DNA of 64,000 nucleotides. Source: Terriglobia bacterium. Lineage in GTDB: Bacteria > Acidobacteriota > Terriglobia > 20CM-2-55-15. The notes beneath the pieces are model-generated. The model made no database searches. It had not been told where the DNA came from and saw only the letters and a list, made by a program, of their open reading frames with translations. Positions 19,290 to 29,900 of this stretch are shown piece by piece; the stretch's first letter is position 1; every line of letters starts with the position of its first letter. The stretch lies in contig CBDCLE010000005.1 in the NCBI GenBank assembly GCA_965218585.1, forward strand, positions 96,001-160,000, in the 5' to 3' direction. The translations under genes and the position numbers were made by a program.

Positions 19290-20924
19290 CTATGCCTGGC
19301 GGGCAGGAACTTCCTCGTACGGTCTGGCCGGTTCTTGTGTTTCTCCCGATTCCGGCCCCAGCGGCGATTCCACGCTGAAAACAGTGCCCTCTTCCGGTTT
19401 CGAATCAACCCATATGCGGCCTCGATGTGCAGTAACGATCTGGTAAACAATCGAAAGACCCAGACCCGTACCACTGCGGAACGAGGAATGAAAAGGCAGG
19501 AAGAGTCGGTCGACTTCTCCGGAGGTCATGCCGATGCCTGAATCCCTGAACTCGAGCCGGGCGCGGCCGCCTGTTTCACGGAGCGTGATTTCTAACGTCC
19601 CCGATTCCGGCATGGCTTTGAACGCATTCGACGCCAGGTTATGCACAACCTGGCGCATCATGCCCTCGTCCGCCTTGACCGTAATAGGACCCAGATCGGT
19701 CTGGATCCTGTGGTCGGGTCCGCGATCGGTACTGTTTTCGATCAGCTGGAGCGCATCGGAGATCACGGTGTCGAGACGGAACGTCTTGGGTTGCGGCAAG
19801 CTCGGGCGGGCATAGAGCAGAAAATCGTTGATCGTCTGATTGAGCCTTTCCGTTTCCCGGGCGATTATTCCCACCAATTGTTTCTGTTCCGTTCCCAGTT
19901 CCAGTTCGGATTGCAAAAGGCCAAACGATCCTGTTATAGACGCCAACGGGTTTCGTATCTCATGTGCGATGCCGGCCGACATGACGCCGATCGCAGCCAT
20001 GCGTTCCTTCCGGCGAAGCTCCCGCTCCATCTCGCGCATTTCGGTGACGTCGTCGAAACACCAGACATAACCGGTGGGGCCTGATTCATCCATCGCAAGG
20101 GGCGTCACCGAAAACTGAAGACACATTGCCCGATCTCCCGGCCCGGGCGTTTCGATTTCAAAGTCACCCACACCCGCACCTTCGGGTAGCGTCGGAAACA
20201 CCTCTTGGATTCGACGGCCTACAACGTCTTCTGAAGTGCGACCCGAGATCTGCGCAGCCGCCGGGTTGAATAGAAATACCTTCCCACCGAGATCTGTCGT
20301 CACCAGACCACTGCCAAGGCTATCGATGATGTGTGCCGTCAACGCCTGAAGAAATGCCACCTGGCCGGTGGACTCTTCCAACGCCGCGTCGGACGTGTGC
20401 CAGTTCTCAGCCAGGACAGTGGCCAGGAATCCGACGGCGCAGAAACCGAAAATCGTCACACCCACGACGTACTGGAGCGTTATGAGTTCTGGAAAAGTAA
20501 CCGTCGTCGAAGGGAGCACTCTGAAATGCGCCAGATCCAGATGAACCCCATGAAGCATCGAGGCCGCGATCGCCGTAACCCACGCACCTCGCCTCTTGAG
20601 CAGGATGCTGGACATGACGATTTCGAGAAAATACAGGGATGAGAAATAACTGTCCAACCCTCCGGTCCGATTCACCATCCAGGTGATCAGGAGGAGGTCG
20701 ACCCCGATCTGGGCGTACGCCTGAGGAACGTATGACTGGTTTAATCGAAGGAATGCAAACCAGCAGAAGGACAGCGCATAGACAGCCGCCAGCAGGACCA
20801 GCATGTCCACGGACGGCTGGGCCGCCACGAAAATGCTGAAGACAACGACACGAACCCAGATCAATCGCAACAGCCACTTGCTGCGATCCATCAGTATGCG
20901 TGGGTCCGTCCCCGGGTTGGTCAC
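19290..20924 (-). CDS. pilS: Membrane sensor histidine kinase with PAS domain (PilS-like)
   Basis: N-terminal TM region with TGG..S.F; IAHEIRNPL H-box; DSGIG and GTGLGL ATPase motifs. Confidence 0.83.
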   Translation of the reverse strand: MTNPGTDPRILMDRSKWLLRLIWVRVVVFSIFVAAQPSVDMLVLLAAVYALSFCWFAFLRLNQSYVPQAYAQIGVDLLLITWMVNRTGGLDSYFSSLYFLEIVMSSILLKRRGAWVTAIAASMLHGVHLDLAHFRVLPSTTVTFPELITLQYVVGVTIFGFCAVGFLATVLAENWHTSDAALEESTGQVAFLQALTAHIIDSLGSGLVTTDLGGKVFLFNPAAAQISGRTSEDVVGRRIQEVFPTLPEGAGVGDFEIETPGPGDRAMCLQFSVTPLAMDESGPTGYVWCFDDVTEMREMERELRRKERMAAIGVMSAGIAHEIRNPLASITGSFGLLQSELELGTEQKQLVGIIARETERLNQTINDFLLYARPSLPQPKTFRLDTVISDALQLIENSTDRGPDHRIQTDLGPITVKADEGMMRQVVHNLASNAFKAMPESGTLEITLRETGGRARLEFRDSGIGMTSGEVDRLFLPFHSSFRSGTGLGLSIVYQIVTAHRGRIWVDSKPEEGTVFSVESPLGPESGETQEPARPYEEVPARQA

Positions 20925-20925
20925 T

Positions 20926-22137
20926 CTATCCGCCGCTCAACTGTCCGACGAGGCTGAATATCGGCATGTACATCGAGATGACGATTCCACCCACGACAAC
21001 ACCGAGGATCGCCATCATGGCCGGCTCGACGGCCGTCATAATATCTGCAACAGCCGTATCGACTTCTTCTTCGTAGAAATCCGCGATCTTGTTCAGCATC
21101 TCTTCCAGCGCACCGGTCTCTTCACCCACACCGATCATCGAAATGACCATACTCGGGAACACCCCGGATTCTTGTAAGGGTTCCACAATCGTACGGCCCT
21201 CCGCGATCGCGTCTTTGGTCTTGAAGACGGCCTCCTCCACGATGGCGTTACCCGACGTCACCGCCGTAATTTCGAGAGCGTCCATGATCGGCACACCGCT
21301 GGCAATCAGCGTACCCATGGTCCGAGTAAATCGAGCGACGGATATCTTGCGGATCAGATCCCCGAATATCGGAAGTTTGAGAACTAACTTGTCAACCAGG
21401 TACCGTCCTTTGGGCGTCGCGTAGTAAGACTTAAACAGATACCCGGAAATGCCGAGGCCGATAATGATAAAGAACCCGAAGTTCTGCACGAACGTACTGG
21501 CCGCAATCACTACACGCGTGGGCAGGGGGAGATCCGCTCCCATGCTCTGGAACAGTTCGGTAAATGCGGGAACGACCTTCCACAGAATCAGCGTGATCAC
21601 CGCGCTGGCGATAAAAATGATCGCTATCGGGTAAATCGCCGCCGACTTCATCGCCGCTTTCAGTTTCACGGCCTTTTCGATATAGACCGATAGCTGCTGA
21701 AAGATGGTGTCGAGAATACCGCCAGCTTCGCCGGCTGCGACCATGTTCGCATACAGGTCATCAAATATCTTCGGGCTCTTCTTCATTCCATCGGACAAGG
21801 TGTTGCCCGTCTCGACTTCCCTCTGGACGATCTTGACCGCCTCCGCGAACTTCTTGTTCTCCTGCTGACTGCCGAGGATTTCCAGGCACTGTACTAACGG
21901 CAAGCCCGAATCGATCATCACCGAAAACTGCCTGGTGAATATCGCCAGGTCTTTCGGCGTCGGGTTCCCTCCGAACTCTATGTTGGCGAGGTCAAAGCCC
22001 TTCTTTTCGGTGGCCTCAACCATCATGATGTTTTCCTGGCGGAGAGCCACCGCCAGCGCCTGGGCGCTGTCGGCCGTACGGGTCCCGGTGATATCCTCGC
22101 CACCTCGGTTTTTACCTTTGAACGTGAACTTCGCCAT
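20926..22137 (-). CDS. pilC: Type IV pilus platform protein (T2SS F family)
   Basis: FTRQFSVMIDSGLPL, AGEAGGIL, YP, LPLPT, GEETGAL and EP motifs. Confidence 0.93.
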   Translation of the reverse strand: MAKFTFKGKNRGGEDITGTRTADSAQALAVALRQENIMMVEATEKKGFDLANIEFGGNPTPKDLAIFTRQFSVMIDSGLPLVQCLEILGSQQENKKFAEAVKIVQREVETGNTLSDGMKKSPKIFDDLYANMVAAGEAGGILDTIFQQLSVYIEKAVKLKAAMKSAAIYPIAIIFIASAVITLILWKVVPAFTELFQSMGADLPLPTRVVIAASTFVQNFGFFIIIGLGISGYLFKSYYATPKGRYLVDKLVLKLPIFGDLIRKISVARFTRTMGTLIASGVPIMDALEITAVTSGNAIVEEAVFKTKDAIAEGRTIVEPLQESGVFPSMVISMIGVGEETGALEEMLNKIADFYEEEVDTAVADIMTAVEPAMMAILGVVVGGIVISMYMPIFSLVGQLSGG

Positions 22138-22185
22138 GCTCTTACCTCATTCGCGCGACCAGGCGGGAGGAGCCCGCCCGGTGAG

Positions 22186-22713
22186 CTAACCGACCGTTTC
22201 TCGAAGAACCTCTTCTATACTCGTCAACTGCTCTCTGATCTTGATCAGACCGCTTCGCCGCAACGTGATCATTCCTTCCTTGATCGCCTTCCTGCTCAAC
22301 TCGATTGTCGAATCACCCGCGATTATAGCTTCCTTCAAACAGTCGCTCATTTCCATAACTTCGTACAAGCCAATTCGCCCCTTGTATCCACTGCCACTGC
22401 ACCGACCACAACCGACGCCGCGAACGGGACGAACCTCCCGGGCTTCGTCCTCGGAAAACCCAATATCGGTTAGCAGCTGCATGGAAGTGTCCGCTTCTTC
22501 GCGGCAAGCAGTGCACACCCGACGCACCAGCCGCTGCGCACAAACCGCATGCAAGGAAGTCGCCACGAGAAACCGTTCGATTCCCATGTTCAGCAACCGC
22601 GAAATCGTCCCCGGTGCGTCGTTCGTGTGTAGTGTACTCAACACGAGGTAACCGGTCAGGGCCGCTTTGACTTCTATTTCCGCAGTCTCAAAATCCCGAA
22701 TCTCCCCTACTAG
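22186..22713 (-). pseudogene. pilB: 3' remnant of type IV pilus assembly ATPase PilB, truncated at an IS insertion site
   Basis: Begins at LVGEIRD (end of Walker B) and includes STLHTNDA, AQRLVRRVC, GC..C..SGYKGR. The preceding 16 aa of the ORF call lie inside IS1380. Walker A and the N-terminal domains are absent from the window. Confidence 0.88.
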
Positions 22714-24450
22714 CCCGCATATTTCACCGATAGGACCAGAAAAGGCCGCCCTGTCTGGCATAAAGCGTTTTGAAATAAACGTTTAACAAGCCAAACGGAG
22801 ACGGCCCTTATGAGAACAGAGTGTAACCAAACGACGTTCGAATTTCACGGACTTCTTCAACGAAAAGTGAAGGCGCGTTTTGACGGCGGAAAGATCACCT
22901 CCGACGCTGGGGTTCTGCTGTTGAGGGAAGTGGAAAAGCGAACGGGTCTGATCGCCGGACTGGCCGAGTGTTTCAGGGATTACCGGGACGCGAGGTTGAT
23001 CGAACACACGGTGAGCGAGTTATTGGGGCAGCGCGTCTACGGACTCTGTCTGGGCTACGAGGATCTGAACGATCATGACCAACTGCGGACCGATCCGATG
23101 CTGGCCGTGGCGGTGGATAAGGCCGATCCACTGGGGGAGAAGCGGCGGCAGGCCCGAGACCGGGGAAAAGCGTTGGCGGGCAAGTGTACGCTGAACCGGT
23201 TGGAACTGACCGGGGAGCAAGTCGATGGGAAGGAGCGGTACAAGAAGATTGCCATGGACCCGGACAAGATCGACCGCTGGATGGTGGATGCATTTGTGGC
23301 GGCTCACGGATCGGCGCCCGAGGAGATTGTTCTGGACCTGGATGCGACCGATGATCCGATCCATGGCCATCAGGAAGGACGGTTCTTTCACGGCTACTAC
23401 GGCAACTACTGTTATCTGCCGCTCTACATCTTTTCGGGAGAGCATCTGCTATGCGCCCGGTTGCGGTGCTCCAATGTCGACGGTGCGGACGGCGCCGTCG
23501 AGGAATTGAACCGCATCATCGGCCAGATCCGGCAGAGCTGGCCGGAGGTGTCGATTATCATCCGGGCCGACTCGGGCTTTTGCCGGGATGAATTGCTGAG
23601 TTGGTGCGAGGCCCACCAGGTCGATTACGTGGTGGGTCTGGCCAAGAACGATCGGCTCAAGCGCGAGATCGCTGAATCGATGAGTCAGGCCGAAGCCGAG
23701 TTTAACGACACCGGGAAACCGGCGCGGGTGTTTAACGATTTCCGGTATCGCACTCGGAAGAGCTGGACCTGCACCCGACGCGTCATCGGCAAGGCCGAGT
23801 TCCTGGAGAAAGGCGCCAATCCTCGATTCGTTGTGACCTCACTGTCGCCGGAACGCCTGGACGCCCGCGCCCTCTATGAAGACTTTTACTGTGCGCGGGG
23901 CGACATGGAAAATCGCATCAAGGAACAGCAGTTGGATCTATTCGCCGACCGGACCAGCGCGGCAACCATGCGCGCCAATCAACTCCGGCTCTATCTGTCC
24001 TCGGCCGCCTACATGCTCCTGCACGCGTTACGCCGTCTGGGACTGAAGAATACCGATCTGGCCCGCGCTCAGTGCCAGACGATCCGCTTGAAGCTCCTCA
24101 AGATCGGAGCTCAAGTCCGTCTGACGGTTCGCAACATCTGGATCTCCATGTCGGAAGCCTATCCCTACGCCGAGGTCTTTGCCCTCGTCCATCGAAACCT
24201 GCAGGCGCTTCCTCTGCGCTGCTGAGAACCGACCCGATCCCCTGCGCCAAAATCGACTCGCTCTTTTCGGCTCCGCCGAGGTTTGTCTCAGTGCGTTTCG
24301 TCACCCTCTTCTGAACCCGAAAACGCAGCAACTCCCGCTTGTCGACACCGGCGAGTCACGCCACACATGCCCAATTCGAACCCAGATCCTCCCGAATCCG
24401 ATTCTTACTGCCCAAATCCCCCTGATCGCCGGACTGGTGAAACATGCGGG
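22714..24450 (+). mobile_element. IS1380-family insertion sequence
   Basis: Terminal IRs CCCGCATATTTCACC (22714-22728) and GGTGAAACATGCGGG (24436-24450) match 14/15; flanked by CTAG at 22710-22713 and 24451-24454. Confidence 0.92.
22810..24225 (+). CDS. IS1380-family DDE transposase
   Basis: FDGG.ITSDAG.LL, GYEDLNDHD.LR.DP, LDLDATDD..HG.QE, RADSGF and Y..RG.MEN.IKE motifs. Confidence 0.93.
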   Translation: MRTECNQTTFEFHGLLQRKVKARFDGGKITSDAGVLLLREVEKRTGLIAGLAECFRDYRDARLIEHTVSELLGQRVYGLCLGYEDLNDHDQLRTDPMLAVAVDKADPLGEKRRQARDRGKALAGKCTLNRLELTGEQVDGKERYKKIAMDPDKIDRWMVDAFVAAHGSAPEEIVLDLDATDDPIHGHQEGRFFHGYYGNYCYLPLYIFSGEHLLCARLRCSNVDGADGAVEELNRIIGQIRQSWPEVSIIIRADSGFCRDELLSWCEAHQVDYVVGLAKNDRLKREIAESMSQAEAEFNDTGKPARVFNDFRYRTRKSWTCTRRVIGKAEFLEKGANPRFVVTSLSPERLDARALYEDFYCARGDMENRIKEQQLDLFADRTSAATMRANQLRLYLSSAAYMLLHALRRLGLKNTDLARAQCQTIRLKLLKIGAQVRLTVRNIWISMSEAYPYAEVFALVHRNLQALPLRC

Positions 24451-24454
24451 CTAG

Positions 24455-25996
24455 GAGTCTGCGCGGCAGAGCGGAAAGAACCTGGATTTATTGGGATTTG
24501 ATCGTGTTGTCGGAGGCGACCGGACCGATTCTGCCGTTATGATGAACTCAGACCGGTGCGGACTCCAGTAGTAAGCCGTGTGATAAGGGTGGCGGTCCCG
24601 GTTTTCCGGATTAGGCCCATTCGATCTTCCCGTTCATCCGTCGTAAGTTCACTGCTAGAGTCACCAGGTTCCACTCACAGGTCACCTTGTCCAAACCTCG
24701 CAGACTGAACTGTCGGAATCCGAGCACCGATTTGATCCACCCGAAGGGCGGTTCACCAATGTGCTTTCTGGCCCGGTAGCGATCACGCCCAGACGGGGAT
24801 TTCATTTTTCTCGTCATCCGACCAAGCGCGGTATCTTGTGGCGGGAGGGGGGCATCGTCCAGGTCCTTCTCCCGCCCCATGGCGACATACCCATCAATTT
24901 GGCGTTGTTCTAACATCCCCAGATTCGACTCGGATCGATACCCCGCATCAGCGAGCACGCGGCCTGGAGACTCTCCCAGGTTGTTGTTCACCACATCCAG
25001 AGTCGGCTCCAACTGCCCCACATCCGACGCATTGTCGCTCACCGTGGTCGCCACGATGATCCGGGCCTCGGAATCCACCATCGCCTGCGCGTTGTAACAT
25101 TGCTGGAACCCTTCCGTGGAGGTCTTCATGATCCGGCTTTCTGGATCGGTGAAGTTCTCCTGGGCCTTGGGCTTGGGCTCGCCCATGGGGCGTTTGAATG
25201 GCTTGCCCTTCTTTCCGCTTCCCGGTTCGTCGTCTCCCGGTTTCCGTCCGGCTTCCTGGTCCGCAGCCATCTGACGTTCCTCGAGTCGCTTCATCGCCGC
25301 CTGGATCGTGGCCAGACGCTTCTTACGGGTCGCCAACCCGTCGGGTAGTTCGTCTCCGCGCCGGTCCTTGCCGTAACGCTGGTCTTCGTCCTCATCGGTC
25401 GCGGTCGCCCGGTTCAACAGATCCCGAATCTGCTCACCCAACTCGGTCTCCTGCTTCTTCATGCGTTGATAGCTCATCGCTTTGCGTTTGCTCGCATTCG
25501 CCCGCATCTTGGTTCCGTCCACCGCTACCGTCCCCATCTTCACCAAACCCGCTTCTCGCGCCATCATCACCACTTGCACAAACAGCTTCCCGAACTCCTC
25601 AAGATGCAGTTTGCGAAAATCCGAGATCGTTCGGTGCGCGGGAAAGTTCTCGGCTCCCAACATCCGGAACGCCACATCTTCTCTCAACTTCGCTGCGATC
25701 TTCCTGGATGAAAACACTCCGGTCCCGTACCCATAGATCATCACCTTCACCATCATCCGCGGATCGAAGGCCTGATTGCCAGACCCGTCAGTTCCATGCC
25801 TCTGTTCGAACCCGCTCAAATCCATCGCGTCCACAGCATCCGATATGAAGTACGACAGGTGATCTTCGGCCAGCCAATCGCTCAGCGACGGTGGCATCAG
25901 CAGGCTCTGTTCTGGAATATAGGCTCGGTAAGTTCGTGGCATGCCCTATCTTCCATCCATTCCCGCCCAATTTCGGTCCTTCTGCCGCGCAGACTC
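24455..25996 (-). mobile_element. IS1182-family insertion sequence
   Basis: Perfect 16-bp terminal IRs GAGTCTGCGCGGCAGA (24455-24470) and TCTGCCGCGCAGACTC (25981-25996); flanked by CTAG at 24451-24454 and 25997-26000. Confidence 0.92.
24611..25942 (-). CDS. IS1182-family transposase
   Basis: LMPPSL.DWL..DH, P.MM.K..IYGY..G..SSRKI, P.HRTISDFR, VDGTK..ANAS, TDPESRIM and ADAGY motifs. Confidence 0.93.
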   Translation of the reverse strand: MPRTYRAYIPEQSLLMPPSLSDWLAEDHLSYFISDAVDAMDLSGFEQRHGTDGSGNQAFDPRMMVKVMIYGYGTGVFSSRKIAAKLREDVAFRMLGAENFPAHRTISDFRKLHLEEFGKLFVQVVMMAREAGLVKMGTVAVDGTKMRANASKRKAMSYQRMKKQETELGEQIRDLLNRATATDEDEDQRYGKDRRGDELPDGLATRKKRLATIQAAMKRLEERQMAADQEAGRKPGDDEPGSGKKGKPFKRPMGEPKPKAQENFTDPESRIMKTSTEGFQQCYNAQAMVDSEARIIVATTVSDNASDVGQLEPTLDVVNNNLGESPGRVLADAGYRSESNLGMLEQRQIDGYVAMGREKDLDDAPLPPQDTALGRMTRKMKSPSGRDRYRARKHIGEPPFGWIKSVLGFRQFSLRGLDKVTCEWNLVTLAVNLRRMNGKIEWA

Positions 25997-26010
25997 CTAG
26001 TCGTTCTCGA

Positions 26011-26955
26011 TCATTCCCCGAAAGCACCCATCTCCCGAAATTTTTGATATCTCGCTTCCAGCAGTGGTTCGACGTCGAGGCGGGTCAACTCGTCAATTTG
26101 AGACTGGAGTATCCTGGACAACTCCGAGGCGACCACTTCCGGATCGTTTTGCGCGCCTCCTGTGGGTTCAGGAATAATCGTGTCGATGAGGTCCAGTTCC
26201 TTGAGGTATTCCGGCGTGAGTCTGAGCGCTTCGGCGGCCTCAGCTGCGTGCTGCTGATCGCGCCAGAGAATCGCTGAGCAACTCTCCGGGGCGATTACAG
26301 AATAGATTGAAAACTCCAGCATGTTGACTCGGTCGCCGACACCGATAGCCAAGGCTCCACCAGAGCCACCTTCTCCTGTGACGGTTGCTATGATAGGGAC
26401 TTCCAGGCTTGCCATCTCCCTGAGATTGAATGCGATCGCTTCTGCCTGTCCTCGCTCTTCGGCATCGATGCCGGGGTAGGCACCCGGAGTGTCTATGAAC
26501 GTGAGGATCGGACGGCCGAACTTTTCGGCTAGTTTCATCACCCGGAGAGCCTTGCGGTAACCCTCAGGCTTCGGCATTCCGAAGTTTCTGTGAAGCTTTC
26601 CCTTGGTCCCGCGTCCCTTCTCCTGTCCCACCAGGCACACTGGCTTGCCATGGAAGAGTGCAAAACCTGCGACGATCGCCGGGTCGTCACCAAACTTCCG
26701 GTCGCCATGCCACTCTTCGAATTCTTCGAAGAGAAGGGGGACATAATCGAGGAAGTACGGGCGCTCGGCATGGCGGGCCAGTCCGACCTTGTCATAAGCC
26801 GTCATTTTGGCGAGCAGATCCTGCCGCAGTTGGTTCAGCTGAGATTCGAGCTGTTCGATGCGGGCTCCAGTCTGTTGGTCTTCCGGCAGCTTGGCAAGCT
26901 CGTCGAGTTCATTCTCCAGATCCCGAATCGTGCCGTCTCTGTCCGCTTGGCTCAT
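26011..26955 (-). CDS. accA: Acetyl-CoA carboxylase carboxyltransferase alpha subunit
   Basis: RNFGMPKPEGYRKALR, DTPGAYPG..AEERGQ and GEGGSGGALA motifs. Confidence 0.96.
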   Translation of the reverse strand: MSQADRDGTIRDLENELDELAKLPEDQQTGARIEQLESQLNQLRQDLLAKMTAYDKVGLARHAERPYFLDYVPLLFEEFEEWHGDRKFGDDPAIVAGFALFHGKPVCLVGQEKGRGTKGKLHRNFGMPKPEGYRKALRVMKLAEKFGRPILTFIDTPGAYPGIDAEERGQAEAIAFNLREMASLEVPIIATVTGEGGSGGALAIGVGDRVNMLEFSIYSVIAPESCSAILWRDQQHAAEAAEALRLTPEYLKELDLIDTIIPEPTGGAQNDPEVVASELSRILQSQIDELTRLDVEPLLEARYQKFREMGAFGE

Positions 26956-29900
26956 CTACTGCACCTTACAGTATCCGGGCCGCAAATCTCTTCGACAAAA
27001 TGGACGAACTCCTCATCGGGGAAGACCTTCAGGTACGGATTGGGGCGGACAAACGCTGTGTACTGATCCGGGTAGCGGATTTCGAAGATGATTTCAGCCT
27101 GGCCGGTCTTTTTCTCGATCATGGGAAGGAGTTGCTGGGCCAGATCGGGCGGTGCCATTGAACCGTCGATAGTCACGGTGACCGTAGTGCTGAGCCGTTC
27201 AAGAGCGCGCTCGATCGGCAATATATCTGTGGCCAGGATACGCGTTGCGGACTCATCGCTATCGAGTTTTCCCTGGACGATGACAGGATTGTCGGCCGTA
27301 AGTATCTCCTGTGTTTTCTCGAGCGTGTCCGGAAATACGAGGACCTCGACAACTCCTTCGAGGTCTTCCAACCCGATCACGCCCATGCGGTTTCCCTTCT
27401 TGGTCCGCATCGTGCGGGTATGGGCAATAACGCCGCCGATAACGATTTCCGATCCTGGGGCCTTCTCCGACAGTGTGCTGGTCGTGGCATTGGCATATGA
27501 CGCGATCTGGGTCAGATGCTTCCGAATAGGATGACCGGTGATATAGAAGCCCAGTGTTTCTTTTTCGTGGACCAGTTTCAGTGCTTCTGGCCAGGCATCG
27601 GCTGGCGTCAACATGGACGCATCGGACTCGTCGTCACCGGCGACGGCAAAAAGACCACCCTGCCCAACCTCGACCTCGTGTTGTTTCTTCTGTCCCCATT
27701 CGATGACACGGTCGATGCTGTTGTAGAGCGAAGAACGATCCAGCCCCAGACTGTCGAAGGCGCCCGCTTTGATGAGGCTTTCCATGACGCGCTTGTTCAC
27801 GGTCCTCAAATCGACACGCTCTGAAAAGTCGAAGACAGACCTGAACGGCTTCCGCTCTGCGATGGATCCAATGGCTGTTTCTCCCACGTTCTTGATCGCG
27901 GCCAGTCCAAACCGGATGCCGTCGGGGGCCGGAGTAAAGTTGACGTCGCTCGTGTTGATGTCCGGAGGAAGGATGGAGATGTTCATCTCGCGGCATTCGT
28001 TGATGTACTTAACGATCTTGTCTGTGTTCCCGCGCTCACTGGTGAGGACGGCAGCCATGAAATAGTTGGGGTAATGGGACTTGAGATATCCCGTCCGGTA
28101 GGCCAACACCGCATACGCGGCCGAATGGGATTTGTTGAACCCATATCCGGCGAACTGCTCCATCAGGTCGAATATCTTGACGATCTTCTTGGTGTTGTCG
28201 AAGCCCTTCGCCTTGGCGCCTTCGAGAAACTTTTGCCGATGGGCAGCCATTTCCTCAGTCTTTTTCTTGCCCATGGCCCGGCGCAGCAGATCAGCCTCAC
28301 CCAACGAGTATCCGGCAAGGACGTTGGCGATCTGCATGACCTGTTCCTGGTAGACGATCACACCGTAGGTTTCCTCCAGGATGAACTTGAGCTCGGGAAG
28401 CAGGTATTCGATCTTCTTGGTTCCGTGTTTCCGTTTGATGAAGTCATCGATCATGCCCCCGCCGATCGGTCCCGGGCGGTAAAGGGCGTTGAGGGCCGTC
28501 AGGTGTTCGATGCTCGAGGGTTTGAAGCGTCTGAGAATGTCCTTCATTCCGGAGCTTTCAAACTGAAAAACACCGCTGGTCAGTCCGTTCGAGAATAGTT
28601 CGTACGTCTTTTCATCGTCGAGTGTGACCGCGTCGATGTCGATATCGACAGACTCCATGGAGCGGAGCATTTTGATCGTATCGTCGATAACCGTCAGGGT
28701 CGTCAAGGCTAGAAAATCCATCTTCAACAGCCCGACTTTCTCGACGTCGGTCATCGGATACATGGTCATGATCTCGTCTTTGCTCGACTTGTAGAGCGGA
28801 ACAAGATCGGTGAGTGGTCTGGGAGAAATAACTACTCCGGCGGCATGCATGGACGCATGGCGGGCCAGACCTTCGAGTTTTTGGGCGACGTCGACGATGT
28901 CTCTGACGCGCTCGTCGCGTTCAACCAACGCCTTGAAATCCTTGTTCTGTGCCAGAGCCTTGTCCAGCGTGATGTTGAGTTCCGCCGGGATCATTTTGGC
29001 CAGCCGGTCCACCTCGGAGTAGGGCATCTGCATGCCCCGCCCCGTATCCCGGATGACACCCCTCGCGGCCATGGTTCCGAACGTAATGATCTGCGAAACA
29101 TTTTCCCGTCCGTACTTGCGGGTCACGTAATCGATGACGTCAGCCCTGCGGTTCATGCAGAAGTCTATGTCGATGTCGGGCAGGGTCACTCGTTCCGGGT
29201 TCAGGAAGCGTTCGAAGAGCAGTCCATACTGAAGTGGATCGAGGTCGGTAATCCGCATGCAGTAGGACACCAGACTCCCCGCAGCGGATCCGCGTCCCGG
29301 GCCTACCGGAATGTCGTTTTCGCGCGAGTACCGAATCAGATCCCAGACAATGAGAAAATAACCGGAGTACCGCATGCCCTGAATGATCGAGATTTCATCC
29401 TGGAGCCTCTGTTCATATTCTTCGATCGGGTACTTCAGTTCTCCGGAATCTGCCAGTGGTTTTAGGTGTTCCAGGCGCTGGGCGAACCCATCCTCGACAA
29501 CTTTTTCGAAATACGAATCGACAGTGAACCCTGGCGGAACTGCAAAGTCCGGAAAAGGATTGTCGATGGGCTGGAGGTCCAGGTCGCAGCGCGCGGCGAT
29601 CTCTCCGGTCCGTGTCAACAACTCCGGATAATCGCCGAAAACAGCGGCCATTTCATCGTGAGACTTGAAGTAGAACTGGTCGGTGTAGAACTTCATCCGA
29701 TTAGGATCGTTGACTGATTTTCCCGTCTGGATGCAGAGCAATACGTCGTGCGCCCGGGAATCTTCCTGGCACATGTAATGACAGTCGTTCGTCGCGACGG
29801 CTGGAATCCCTGTCCGGTCGGCCATGCGCAACATGTCGGGAATGATCTGCCGCTGCTTGGCCAGTCCCTGGTCCTGGACTTCGAGGAAGAAACGATCAGG

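Noticed and set aside
22714-22761. N-terminal 16 aa of the 191-aa PilB ORF call
   Set aside because: It lies inside the IS1380 left end and is a chance in-frame extension, not pilB sequence.
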